A stretch of DNA of 64,000 nt from Mytilus edulis (Eukaryota), in assembly GCF_963676685.1 (NCBI RefSeq), contig NC_092357.1, positions 310,001 to 374,000 on the forward strand, in the 5' to 3' direction. The position numbers and the translations under genes are program-made. This document shows positions 38,129 through 50,660 of the stretch, piece after piece (within the stretch, counting starts at the first letter, position 1; each line of letters starts with the position of its first letter). The notes under the pieces were generated by a model, which saw only the letters and a list, made by a program, of their open reading frames with translations, searched no databases and was not told the DNA's origin.

Positions 38129-38622
38129 TCAGATTCTGATGTTAAATGAATCATCTTTAAGTCTTCTTAGATTAAACTTTTACTAAATCTTGAAATTTAT
38201 ACAATAAAAAAGGCAAACCGAACATCAGTTAAGACGCTTGCACCATTCTAAAAATTTGTTGAATATGACATAGGTTATATGACTAATTACATCAGAGAGT
38301 TCACATATATGCTTTAAATAAAAATAATAATGTGCGATGTGAACTAGCACAATTTTAAAGCTTTAACGGTGTCGATATTATGATGTTACAAGAAAGATTG
38401 CGTCAATAAGAATTCCAAATAAACAGCACTGAACGGTCTAAATTTCTAAATATTTCAGATTTGACAACTGTAGTGTAGTTACATTAGAGTCTGCGATGTT
38501 TAAAACAAACGGCCGTTAAAATATAATAACAAATTTTGACTAAAGTAAAATAGTTGGACGTGGCTTGGTACTTATACATCCCTCAAAAAATTAAGCAATT
38601 TAATTTGTTATATTCAACAGAT

Positions 38623-41463
38623 TTATTTTAGAGATGAGTAAGGTAAAGAAATAGAAACGGAGACTGTAATAATAAGTAATATAACCCAGATGTGAAGCAC
38701 TGCATGGTGTCGAACTACATTTATCCCATTTGGTGCCAAAGTTGTTAATTTTCTAATCCAAAATCTTTCCCGAGTAAGTCTATCCTCCCTAGACCAAGCA
38801 GAGTTGTGGTCAATGATAGTAATGGTCAGTCGATTGAGATCTGCCTTAGTGTGGCCAGGGGATCTCAAATGTCGACTAAGAGGGAGGTCTGGCTTGCATT
38901 GGTAGTCGCTACGATGACCGTTCATTCGTTTGTGAAACGGCTGTTCTGACTCGCCTACATACTGTTTACTACATTTACACTGTAGGAGATACACAACATT
39001 TGTAGTCTTGCAATTAACATTGCAAAATATGGTGTATTCTGTACCAGTGGAGTGACTGTTAAAAGTCTGGGTATCCAGTATTTGTTTGCAAGTCAGACAT
39101 CGTTTGTTTCCACAACCCTTACAAGAGCCCACCGACGAAGAGCCTGCTTGAGAGGATAACTCAGCTCTCACCAGCAAGTCTTTAAGGCTTTTGGGCCTGC
39201 GGAAAGCCAGTACAGGTGGCTCGGGAAAGATCTTGGATAGTTTAGGATGTTTTTCGATATCTTTCCAACTTTCGCGGATAAGGTGAGACAAGTTGTCAAA
39301 TTTTGGATTGTAAGTCAACACAAAAGGCACCCTCCTGTTGACCTTTTTGACTTTATATTGTAAAAGTTCATCTCGGCTGATGTTGCTAGCACGAGAAAAA
39401 CCTTTATCAATGTCTTTCCTTTTGTAGCCTCGATGTTTTAGGTGACCGCGAAGTTCTTGTAGTCGTTTTTTGGCAACATCGTTGGTGGAGCAAATCCTTT
39501 TTATTCGTATGGCCTGGCTGTAGGGAATGCTCTTGGTGCAATGTTTAGGGTGACAACTTGAAGGAGACAGATATTGATGTTTGTCTGTGGGCTTGCAATA
39601 CAGATCTGTAAATATGTTTCCATCCCTCACTTGCGTTGTAGTGTCAAGAAATGTGATCTTAGAGTCAGAGATTTCATATGTGAATTTTATTGAGGGATGG
39701 GCATCGTTGGCATGTTGAATAAACAAATCTAGTGCTTGTTCAGTATTATCCCACTTCATGTCAATATCGTCAATAAATCGGAACCAAGAGAGGGGTTGAT
39801 AAAGATAAGAATTGAGAATTCTCTGTTCTAATTTCCCCATAAAAATATTGGCATAAGACGGGGCCATCTTTGTTCCCATTGCTGTTCCATTAACTTGGAG
39901 AAAGTGTTCACCATTGAATGTGAAGTTATTGCATTTTAAAACCAAAGTTAGAAGCTGGATGAGACATTCAGTTGGTGGATGTAAGGTGTTATGAGAGTTC
40001 CAGACTTCCCTACAGGCTTCAATACCATCATCATGGGGGATATTAGTATAGAGGGAGGTAACATCAAGCGAGACAAGGATCGTTTCAGGTGGGAGAGGGT
40101 TCAAAGATTCCATTTTTTTAAGATAATGTGTTGTGTCTTGTATATATGATGGTAAATTTTCTACGTGTGGTCGGAGATGAAAGTCAATAAATTCTGATAT
40201 TTTCTCTGTAGGGTGGTCATTGGCGGAAACAATTGGTCTACCTGGATTATTGACTTTATGTATTTTGGGCAGAAGATAGAAACGCCCCGGCTTTGATTTT
40301 TCCGGTTTTAGATATTTAAATGTGGTTTCATCAATATGTCCCTGTTCACACATGTTTTTCAGGTTTGTGGTGATCTCTTTGTTAAATTGAGGGGTGGGGT
40401 CAGAGTCTAATTTCTTATAGAATCTCTCATCAGAGAGTTGACGTTCCGCCTCTTGAATGTAGTCACATCTGTCCATGACGACAACAGCGCTACCTTTATC
40501 TGCTGGTTTAATTATAATGTCGTCTCTGTTTTTAAGTAACCGCACAGCTTCGTTTTCTTCAGAAGATAAATTGTTGAATGTTTGGGAAGTAGCAGTGGAC
40601 AGATGTGTTACGTCGGATTTAATTTTGTCAATAATATGTTCTAAAGTAGCACATTTACTGGGTTTAGGAATCCATGAACTTTTTTTCCTGAATCTGGGAA
40701 TATCGACATCTTCTTGGTCGTCATCTGAGTCGAGATCACTTGTGTCACTATCAGTGGAACTTTTTGTGGTGTCCTTAGAAAAATATTCCTTGATTCTGAG
40801 GGATCTTGCTAACTTGTCTAGGTCATCTTCCAAAAGTATAGAATCTATTTTGCCCGGCGTGGGGCAAAAATTAAGACCTTTTGACAGTACCTTAGTTTCG
40901 GTCTCCGACAAAGCTACTGAAGACAAATTGACTACAGTGTTTGTAGAGTTCATGCAGCCTTGTTTTTTTCTCTTGAATCGGCGATTCCGGGATTTTTTTC
41001 CGGTTATGATGGTACGATTGAGAGTTAAGGTGGTCTGCTCTCTAACAACAGTGTCTAAAAGTACGCCGTCTCGTTTAAATTTATTAACTTGTTTTTTGTG
41101 TAATTTCCGGGATTCAATGCGCAAGATGTCATGGAGGCGCTCGTTGATGGTGAGCAATTCAGGACCGGAAAGTTCTTGGCATGCTTTATTGTAAAGATGG
41201 TTATAACTAGTTTGTAAATTTAAATGTTTATGAGACGCCTCAGCGTGTAATAGATCCATCAATTTCACGGAACTACTGTGGAGAATATTATTCCATCTAT
41301 CCATAAATCTGATAGATTTTTCACCGGTGGTAAGGGGCGAGGCTTTCAAAATAAGCCCAATCGGAACGATACCCTGAGATAGATAAGTTTTTAAATTTGA
41401 TACATGATGTTCGGTTTTAACTATTTTAAGACTCAAAGCTCTAAGCTTTTTAAAAAAAGACAT
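38623..41463 (-). CDS. PLE reverse transcriptase - Cys-rich linker - GIY-YIG endonuclease, 946 aa, intact
   Basis: KPADKG, LDVTSLYT, GTAMG and RFIDD RT motifs; CKGCGNKRCLTC linker; VVYLLQC...YVGES...R...ERFWI...PNGIN endonuclease. Confidence 0.95.
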   Translation of the reverse strand: MSFFKKLRALSLKIVKTEHHVSNLKTYLSQGIVPIGLILKASPLTTGEKSIRFMDRWNNILHSSSVKLMDLLHAEASHKHLNLQTSYNHLYNKACQELSGPELLTINERLHDILRIESRKLHKKQVNKFKRDGVLLDTVVREQTTLTLNRTIITGKKSRNRRFKRKKQGCMNSTNTVVNLSSVALSETETKVLSKGLNFCPTPGKIDSILLEDDLDKLARSLRIKEYFSKDTTKSSTDSDTSDLDSDDDQEDVDIPRFRKKSSWIPKPSKCATLEHIIDKIKSDVTHLSTATSQTFNNLSSEENEAVRLLKNRDDIIIKPADKGSAVVVMDRCDYIQEAERQLSDERFYKKLDSDPTPQFNKEITTNLKNMCEQGHIDETTFKYLKPEKSKPGRFYLLPKIHKVNNPGRPIVSANDHPTEKISEFIDFHLRPHVENLPSYIQDTTHYLKKMESLNPLPPETILVSLDVTSLYTNIPHDDGIEACREVWNSHNTLHPPTECLIQLLTLVLKCNNFTFNGEHFLQVNGTAMGTKMAPSYANIFMGKLEQRILNSYLYQPLSWFRFIDDIDMKWDNTEQALDLFIQHANDAHPSIKFTYEISDSKITFLDTTTQVRDGNIFTDLYCKPTDKHQYLSPSSCHPKHCTKSIPYSQAIRIKRICSTNDVAKKRLQELRGHLKHRGYKRKDIDKGFSRASNISRDELLQYKVKKVNRRVPFVLTYNPKFDNLSHLIRESWKDIEKHPKLSKIFPEPPVLAFRRPKSLKDLLVRAELSSQAGSSSVGSCKGCGNKRCLTCKQILDTQTFNSHSTGTEYTIFCNVNCKTTNVVYLLQCKCSKQYVGESEQPFHKRMNGHRSDYQCKPDLPLSRHLRSPGHTKADLNRLTITIIDHNSAWSREDRLTRERFWIRKLTTLAPNGINVVRHHAVLHIWVILLIITVSVSISLPYSSLK

Positions 41464-41988
41464 AGTTTGCCTGATGGTAAGGCTGTAAGAAAAATCGGAT
41501 CGCGAGATAAATCACTCGATACAGACTAAGAATAAAAATATATATCAAACGTCTGAATAATAGTCAACGATTTTTCCCACGTGGGAGCTGGATCGTTACA
41601 AGTAACGATACATGTACACAATAAAATAAATTATATAAACGTCTAAAAAGTGTACATAACAACACCAATGATATAAAAAGGAACTATAAATATAATTATT
41701 TATAAATATTTCGGATAACAGATATCCTTCGTCAGTCAGATTCTGATGTTAAATGAATCATCTTTAAGTCTTCTTAGATTAAACTTTTACTAAATCTTGA
41801 AATTTATACAATAAAAAAGGCAAACCGAACATCAGTTAAGACGCTTGCACCATTCTAAAAATTTGTTGAATATGACATAGGTTATATGCTATTTTACAAA
41901 AAAAATTGTATTGTGATTTCATAACGTTATCAAATTTTACTATCTAGCATATGAGTAAGATGTGAGATTGTAGAGCAAAGAGTTGAAA

Positions 41989-44900
41989 CGCCAATGTATT
42001 GTATTGATTGTCACATGTATTAATCTGTATTATCTCCCTTACTCCATGTGTCATGATCATACATGTTTGATTGATGGGTTATTTCCCTTTACTGTTTACC
42101 GCCTCACGATCATTATTAAATGTGCCTTTCTAACGATCACATGTGTTATGTTTTCTCTGCTTACTGGCGTGGCGGCAGCGGTTTAAGAAACCCACATCTC
42201 AAATAACTCAACAATTTGAACATTATTCCACTCTAGAAGTAAAAGGTGAGCAGGAAAATTTGTCATTTATTCTGACTAACACGACAACATTTTCTATTGT
42301 TGGACTTAACTGATCTTTACAAAATGGCAGGCACACGTGCTCCAAAACAATGGTCACTTTCAAAAGTTGAAACAATAACATCGTTTGAAGCATGGAGACA
42401 AAACTTACAATATACCTTGTCCCTTGATCAAAACTTCGCAGCGTTCCTTGTAGATGGATTTACATGGCTGAAGAAAACCAACGCCAATCCTTTACGTGGC
42501 ATTGTTGACGATGGCGAGGCGGTTGCCGAAGCTAACCGACGAACAGCAGCCCAAAAGTGCACACATTTGGACCTTATGCTTGGGCAAATAGCAAATTACT
42601 GTCCGATTATTTCAAGAAACACTATAATTAAAAATTCGACATCCATTAATTCTATTTGGCAGTCAATTCGTCTACACTACGGATTTCAGTCTACTGGTGG
42701 ACACTTTCTTGATTTTAATAGCATCTTTTTGGAACCAGATGAGCGTCCTGAGGACTTATTTCAGCGATTGGCTAGTTTTATTGAAGACAATATGCTTCGT
42801 GCCGGTGGCAATATTCATCACCACGGAGAAGTACCTGAAGCCGACGAAGAACTATCGCCTTCTTTGGAAAACCTGATTGTACTAACTTGGTTAAGACTTA
42901 TTAATCGTGACTTGCCCAACCTAGTGAAGCAGCGATATGGAACCGAGTTACGGTCAAAAACATTAGCTTCTTTGAAACCTGAAATTTCACAGGCACTTGA
43001 TAGTTTACTTGACGAAATTCATTCAGCCACTGATGCCAAAGTTTTACGGGCGTCAATAAAAGACAAACATTTTGACAGAAGTGCAAAAAAGACAGGTAGT
43101 ATAAGAACTGGTCGTCAAATAAAGTGTTGTATTTTATGTAAGCAAGCAGGTCGTCCGTCCCAACATTTTTTAAGTACTTGTAAATATTTACCTGATGAAG
43201 ACAAACAATATATGTCCAGAGTAAGGCAATCTTATTGTACAGAAGTAGGTGATAGTGAGTCTGAGGACAATGTTGATAATGAACAAGTCTCATTTTTAAA
43301 TGATAATGTAGGTCATAGTAAGCTTAGAGTTGTATCTGCTTTAAGACGGGTGAGCACTAAACAGTCCCCTTACTTTAAGGCATTTTATAAACATTTCCCA
43401 CTTGAGCTAACACTAGATACGGGTGCTTAGGTGAGTATGATAAAAGCTTCTTCCGCGGATTACATCGGCGTAACAATCAAGAAAAGCAACCATTCCGCTT
43501 TACAAGCTGACGGTGTTACCCCGTTAAATATAGTTGGTGAATGTCATTTCACACTTTCGAGAGACGGAATCGAGTTACAGTTAGAGGCCCTAGTAGTGAA
43601 CGACTTGGACGTTGATATACTCGCCGGTATTCCTTTCATGTCTTCGAACGACATCGCGATTTTCCCTAGCAAACATAAAATCGTAATACGCGATAAGGTA
43701 ACTGTTATGTATGGTAGCCCAAACGAGGAACTTAACTCTAGTAATACTCGCGTACGTAGAACACAGGCCTTTCTTATCCGGGCTCCATCAGCAACTTCAG
43801 TAGTTTGGCCAGGATGTTACGGCGAATACGACATCCCATCGGAAATAGAATCGGATTGCATTCTCGCGGTCGAGCCTCACACTGACGCTTCTCGTACGAA
43901 AGATTGGCCCAGTCCCCAAATTGCCCAGTCGGTCGCAGGCAAAATACGCATCGTGAATAACACGTCGGTACCGCAGTTCATACAACGAAATGAACATCTC
44001 TGTCGAGTACGACTTACGACTACCATAGACAACGCACCAGAGGCACCGGACAATATCCGTGACATAAAAACAACAAACTACATAGACTCCACACATACTT
44101 CCCAATTTTTCAAACAAGTCTCTGTAGACCCAGATAATTTACTTAGTCCAGATCTCCAAACCCAGTTTAATGAACTTCTTCGAAAGTTCAGTGAAGTTTT
44201 TAGTCCTAACTTTGAAGGTTATAATGGGGAAATAGGTCCTTTTGAAGCATCTGTTAATATGGGTCCTGTCCAGCCTCCCCAACGGAAAGGTAGAATGCCA
44301 CAGTATTCAAAAAATAATTTGGTAGAACTCCAAAACAAATTTGACGAATTGGAATGTAAAGGAGTGTTCCGTAAACCCGAAGACGTCGGAATTTCAGTCG
44401 AGTATATTAACCCTTCATTTCTTGGCAAAAAAGCTTCCGGTGGTTTCCGACTTGTAACAGCATTTGCCGATGTTGGCAGATATAGTAAGCCGCAACCCTC
44501 TCTTATGCCTGACGTGGATTCCACACTCCGTACGATCGCACAGTGGAAATATATAATCAAGTCTGATCTTACGAGCGCATTTTACCAAATCCCCCTGGCA
44601 AAAGATTCGATGAAGTATTGCGGAGTCGCGACCCCTTACCGTGGAGTTCGCGTATATACACGTTGTGCGATGGGAATGCCTGGTTCCGAAACGGCTCTTG
44701 AAGAACTAATGTGTCGTATAGTGGGGGATTTCTTACAAAAAGGTTGCGTAGCTAAGTTGGCAGATGACTTATTTTGTGGCGGTAATACCCCGGAGGAGCT
44801 TTTATACAATTGGGAGTGCGTTCTTCAGTCGCTACAAAAATCAGGAATTTGCCTATCACCTAGCAAAACTGTTATTTGCCCAAAATCGATAACAATCCTA

Positions 44901-47747
44901 GGTTGGATTTGGTCACAGGGTTCGATTTCCGCTAGCACACACAGAGTAGCAACACTAGCCTCGTGTCCCGTACCAGACACTGTACGGGGTCTTCGATCAT
45001 TTATCGGTGCGTACAAGATGCTAAGCCGCGTCATTCCGAATTGTTCCAATTTAATTGCCCCATTAGAAGAGAAAATAAGTGGTATGAAATCAGCTGACAA
45101 ATTTATTTGGTCCGACATGCTAAGAGAACATTTCGAGTTTGCCCAAAAGTCTCTGAGCTCTCGTAAAGCCATCACGCTACCTAAATGCAGTGATCAACTG
45201 TGGATAGTCACAGACGGTTCCGTCACTAAACGCGGTATCGGAGCGACCCTATACATAAATCGTGACGGTAAAGTGTCCTTAGCAGGATTTTTCAGTGCTA
45301 AGTTGCGTAAACATCAAGTGTTGTGGCTACCGTGTGAAATCGAAGCGCTTTCCATTGCCGCTAGTGTCAAACATTTCACTCCCTTTATTATTCAGTCAAA
45401 ACTGCAAGCAAATGTGTTGACAGATAGTAAACCATGCGTACAGGGATTTGAAAAACTATGTCGCGGTGAATTTTCGGCCAGTCCGCGTGTCACATCGTTT
45501 CTTTCTGTTGTAAGCCGATACCAGGTCAGCGTCAACCATTTATCCGGTCGTGCAAATATTCCATCCGACTTTGCAAGCAGAAACGCACCCGTTTGTACAG
45601 AGCCTAATTGTCAGGTTTGTTGCTTTATATCGCGTACCGAAGATTCTGTCGTTCGAGCCGTAAGCATTCAAGACGTTCTCAATGACGAATTTCGCTTACC
45701 TTTCACCACCAGGTCGGCCTGGATTAATATTCAATCAGAATGCCCTGATCTTAGACGCACTCACGCTCATTTAAAACAAGGCACCCGGCCCTCCAAAAAA
45801 CTGACAAACATTAAAGACGTCAAACGTTACCTGAATGTTGCATCAATCGCCAAAGACGGTTTGTTAGTTGTTCGGCGTTGTGATCCTCTTGCTCCACCCA
45901 ACGAATTGATCATTGTTCCACGTAACGTTCTTGACGGACTCGTCACCGCTCTACATATTAAGTTGGACCATCCGTCAAAACACCAATTAAACCTCGTCTT
46001 AAAGCGCCACTTTTACGCTTTAGACATGCCAAAGGCGGCCGAACAGGCTAGTGACTCCTGTCACACATGCGCGTCTTTAAAACGGTTCCCTAAGAGCCTC
46101 GTCGAGCAGTCTTCAGAAGACCCACCGGACTTGGTTGGCATATCTTACGTGGCCGACGTTCTTAAGCGCAACCGTCAACTCATACTGGTCGTCAGAGAAA
46201 CTGTAACGTCGTACACTAGTACATGCTTTATCAAAGACGAAAACCTAGGTAGCTTGCGAGATGGGCTCATACACTTATTGATACCGTTAAAGCCTTTAAA
46301 CGGTCCAAGTGTTGTCGTTCGAGTTGACCCGGCCCCGGGTTTTCGCCCTTTATGTGACGATTCATACTTAAAGCAACTCAACATATCAATTGAAATTGGC
46401 CGTGTTAAAAATCGGAACAAAAATCCAGTTGCCGATAAAGCCATCGTTGAGCTCGAAGACGAGTTACTTCGTGAGGAACACGATCATTCTCCTCTATCTG
46501 AAAATACACTAGTTATAGCTACTACAAGACTTAATTCTAGGCTTCGCCAGCGTGGATTGTCCTCCCGCGAACTATGGACTCAAAGAAGTCAGTTTACTCA
46601 TGAACAGTTGCCAATTTCTGACATGAACCTTATTCGCGCACAGCACGAGGCTCGAAATAAAAATCACGGATTTAGCGAAAATTCTAAATGCAGTCGACCC
46701 GGTCGTCCGACCCCTGATATTAATATAGGGGATTTGGTTTACCTTTATACCGACAGATCAAAGACCCAATCGCGAGATCGGTACCTTGTTGTAGCCCGTG
46801 ATGGCGAATGGTGTTTCATCAAAAAATTCTCAGGCAATCAACTCCGCGCCTCGTCCTACAAAGTAAAACTTTCGGAATGTTATAAAGTTTTAAACACTAT
46901 AAGTGCCCAGCAAAATCCAAGATATTCTCAGAATGTGTACAATGAGGAGTCTGATTCAGATGGCCATGACGAAGATAGCCTTCCTGGGCCTATCCGTGAC
47001 CTACCACCAGAACGCGCGGAGCCCCCGCCTATTCTTATTTGCGAAAATATCGACGATGTTGAAAATCTGGACGAGCCGACTGCGCAACATGATAATAGTC
47101 TCGAACATGACTTGACACTTAGTAACTCGAGCACTGAACAAGATAATAAGCGCGTTCTCCGTAAGCGCTCCGAATTGAAAACGCCAGCGCGGTTTAAAGA
47201 TTTCATTTCCTTTTAAACTTGATGCTCACTCGTCACCTTGGGTTAATTGTTTACTTAGAGAATCAGATACAACAAAATGTACGTCGTATTTCATTTACTG
47301 CTTATTTTATGTTTACTACAATGTATATGCACAGTATTTTTTGCTTAACTACTTATATAGTAATATGAATTTGATGAAGATATAGAGACTTTAAAGGAGA
47401 TGGAGAAAAAAAAATGTCAGAATTATTTTGTTTCTTATTGATAGCTATGTGTTTAGTTTATGCATATTGATAACATTTATTTTTATTCATGTTCTTATAA
47501 TAACAGAGATTATTAGTTGACAATTGTAAAGAGAGAGAGAGAGACTTTAAAGGAGAAAAGAAGTTGCGCCAATGTATTGTATTGATTGTCAAATGTATTA
47601 ATCTGTATTATCTCCCTTACTCCATGTGTCATGATCATACATGTTTGATTGATGGGTTATTTCCCTTTACTGTTTACCGCCTCACGATCATTATTAAATG
47701 TGCCTTTCTAACGATCACATGTGTTATGTTTTCTCTGCTTACTGGCG
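41989..47747 (+). mobile_element. Second Ty3/Gypsy element 'Gypsy-B' nested in the Gypsy-A 3' UTR; 181-bp LTRs at 41989-42169 and 47567-47747
   Basis: LTRs differ at 1 visible site. PBS TGGCGGCAGCGG (tRNA-Leu-like) at 42170. PPT AAAGGAGAAAAGAAG before the 3' LTR. Flanks share GAAAC(G), so the exact ends are ambiguous by 1 bp. Confidence 0.93.
42324..47216 (+). pseudogene. Gypsy-B single gag-pol ORF with one in-frame TAG (43428-43430) inside the protease motif
   Basis: Gag with CILC...HFLSTC; LDTGA*VSMI protease; RT KLADD; RNase H VTDGS/TDSK; integrase H..LDH...CHTC, ADV, VDPAPG. Both ORF pieces are in the same frame. Confidence 0.9.
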
Positions 47748-47893
47748 AAACGTATTTCAATAAGATTTTTGCATATGGAGTCGTATTGTACTGAAGATTG
47801 TTTTTTTATAAATTGATATTTACATAGTATTATGGTTTGAACTGAATTCAACCTGTGGAAAAAAATTATCCAAATTTTTGCTAAGCGGGGGGA

Positions 47894-48073
47894 TGTTATG
47901 TATTAGGGTTGAATTCTGTTCGAGGTCGGGGCTATTCCAGGTAAGGGTGTAAGGTCAGACCCGTAATGCTGTTTTTGATGTTTCTTGAGTATGAGAGTGC
48001 TTATGGAGAATAAAGACGTGTTTGTAATGTCTTGTCCATTTATTTAGTCCCCGTAAAAGGCAAGAACATCTCA
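47894..48073 (+). repeat. 3' LTR of Gypsy-A
   Basis: Direct repeat of 29682-29864, preceded by the PPT and followed by TSD GATT. Confidence 0.95.
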
Positions 48074-48859
48074 GATTATATAGGGAATCACTGAAGCATG
48101 ACTTGAGCCTTGGCTATTGATATTAAGAGCTACTCAAATTACTGAAAAATACGTTTATGAGTTATTTATAAAGATTGTATGACGTTAAATATTGTTGTTC
48201 TTCTACATAACTGGTTGGGGTATATTTTCTTTTAGGAATGCATACATTTTGATTTCGTCCTATAATGCGGTTGAACATTCACAGTGGATACGTATCAATC
48301 TAAATATGAAACTCAATTTGTTGTGAAAAAGTGTAAATTAAGGGAGTTCGCTCTCAGTTTCAAAATAATTAATAACTATTCAAAACACTAGTTTATATTG
48401 ATGGGGGATTAATAAAGGAATCCAAGCAGGAAAAAAATGTATAGGTAAGAATTTTACAGATGCCTTATCATTATACATTTAAAAGATTTACAAAAATAAA
48501 AATAGGGTCACCAGGAAAATTTGTTCAAGGCATCACATGGATAAAACCAGAGGATTCCAAAAATCTGTCAAAAAAATACATGACAAGCCAGTTTTCTTAA
48601 TCTTCGAAAGTGGAAAGTTCACCATTGGAAAATTGAAATCCTCATCCTAGGTTAAAGTCGTCGATCTTTTTTAAAAATAGATTCAACTTTGAAGCAAATT
48701 GACCTTTCGGTTCTTGTTCAAGTTCATTGAGGTACTAGTATGTAGTCTGCAAGAGCTGGTTGGAAAGTGTACCTGTGACTGGATTTGGCGAAATGATATA
48801 AACAAAACAATGTTTAATTGGCGGGAGACGGCGAAAAACTATTGAGCGGTAATAAGAAG

Positions 48860-48919
48860 TGACGTCAATCAATTGATGTATTCCGGAAGTACCTCAAAGA
48901 ATTCCTTATTTTAGTAAGT
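48860..48919 (+). promoter_or_regulatory. Candidate promoter/first exon: CRE (TGACGTCA 48860), ETS site (CCGGAAGT 48883), splice donor GTAAGT (48914)
   Basis: Motif cluster upstream of the B-box/NHL gene, whose ATG is preceded by a splice acceptor. Linkage across the assembly gap is inferred. Confidence 0.35.
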
Positions 48920-49269
48920 ATCTCAATTTTTATTTTATACTGCTTATAGACTCGATGTGATAAAAAGTCGTTCATGTAATACCTTTTATCCATTTATGAT
49001 CCTTTCATGCTTTTATATGTAAGATGTTTTATAAATACGATACTGTAAATCAAAAGAACTTGTCATGACAGAATTTGCCAAAAGTTATCTTACAAAATGA
49101 TGATACTGGAGTCTTAATACTAACTACCTGAATTCAGGTTGTTATTCTTATTTATCGAACAACGCAAGCATTATCAGTTGTTATAAAAATTAAACCCGCA
49201 TCCCCCCCCCCCCCCCCAAAAAAAAACACCCCACTTTTGTCAATGAACATATATTTGTTTACCTCTTTT

Positions 49270-49369
49270 NNNNNNNNNNNNNNNNNNNNNNNNNNNNNNN
49301 NNNNNNNNNNNNNNNNNNNNNNNNNNNNNNNNNNNNNNNNNNNNNNNNNNNNNNNNNNNNNNNNNNNNN
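49270..49369. other. Assembly gap (100 N)
   Basis: Run of N. Confidence 1.
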
Positions 49370-50660
49370 AAGCGGTCTAAAGTGTACTATTCTGGCAGAT
49401 ATTTACGAAATTTGTATCAACGATCTATACTAGCAATATTAATGTCGGAAGAATTCAAAAATCAGTTGATCTTTTACTATTAAAGGAGATTTGTCCCTTT
49501 GAATGCAAACGCTACATAAAATTTCAATGTATAAGGCCATATAATGGCATTAATATTGCATTGTCTCACACCTACATTTTTGAAGGATAGTAAAAAGTAA
49601 AATCACGAAAATACTGAACTCAGAGAAAACTCTAATCGGAAAGTCCATTATCAAATGGCGAAATTAAATGACAAAACACATCAAAAACGAATGGACAAGA
49701 ACTGTCATATTCCTGACTTGGTACAGGCATTTTCAAATGTAGAAATTAAGGTTCTGCTACATACACCTGTTTAACATGATGAATTACATTTTTTCGCTGG
49801 TTGACTGTGTACATTATCTAATTTTAAGACCAAACTGACTTTTTTTATAAGTTGTATTTTTTTCATACTCACCACAAATCATGACGCCCTCCCCCTTTTA
49901 AAATTCATTTAGATATTGGTTTCCTAATCGAATTATTTCATTCGACAAACTAAACGTAAACATGAACTGAAATAACCCCAAGGTCGTTTTCCTAAACCTT
50001 GACAATATAAACACGACATTTAAATGTTAGACGTAAAAAGCCGAACAGGTCAATACAGGTATAGTTCTATATCAATATGTTATAATTCAATTTGTTACTT
50101 TTTAAATTCATATACTTTTTGTTTTGTAGAATCAATTAGTGGACAGTTTATGAACTTTAAATTGCCTGTTTATACATATATGCTGATATGCTCAATGCGA
50201 TGCTTTCCGAGATTCAATATTATAGCAATACATAAAACACAAAGAAGGTTCCAAATGGATATGTTGTGTAGAAATTCATTTAGGATTAACAGAACATTAC
50301 ATCGTAATAATGAATTATTCATTAAGTTGAACACGTGAACCCATAAGACGAACTGTAAAATCCCGCCATGTATATCAGTTGTAGTCTAAAGAAAAGTTTT
50401 ACAAAGACAAAAACATATCTTTATTTTATCAAAATAGTTACAATTATATACATGTAGGGATCATACATCATATATCATTACCTCTTTCTCAAAATGCATG
50501 ATACAGGCGTCAGGCAATCAACATTTATGTTACAGCCCAGCTCTTTTGTTCTACCAGACCAGTGTCAGTGTCGGATCCAGAACTTTTCCTAAAAGGGGGG
50601 GGGGGGCGGGGGGGGGGGGCTCCAGTCATGCTTCAGTGATTCCCTATATAATCAACCAAA

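Larger units (their letters stand above)
37932..41888 (-). mobile_element. Penelope-like element (Neptune-type) with ~350-bp direct pseudo-LTRs (37932-38281 and 41539-41888), at a (TA)n tract in the Gypsy-A 3' UTR
   Basis: Direct repeats offset by 3607 bp with 1 visible substitution; (TA)n at ~37915-37938; intact RT + GIY-YIG ORF. Confidence 0.92.
29682..48073 (+). mobile_element. Ty3/Gypsy LTR retrotransposon 'Gypsy-A' (~8.7 kb own sequence) with two nested elements
   Basis: TG...CA LTRs at 29682-29864 and 47894-48073 (2 substitutions and a 3-bp indel). 4-bp TSD GATT at 29678-29681 and 48074-48077. PBS TGGTGGAG at 29865 (fits a tRNA-Ala 3' end). PPT AAGCGGGGGGA before the 3' LTR. Confidence 0.95.

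Noticed and set aside
40475-41194. 239-aa plus-strand ORF and similar antisense ORFs over the BEL, Gypsy and TRIM genes
   Set aside because: They are antisense shadows of real coding sequence with no motifs.
43428-43430. In-frame TAG between Gypsy-B 'gag' and 'pol' as programmed readthrough
   Set aside because: The stop falls inside the protease motif (LDTGA*VS, where GAG/Glu is expected), not at a gag/pol boundary. A G>T nonsense mutation or sequencing error is more parsimonious.
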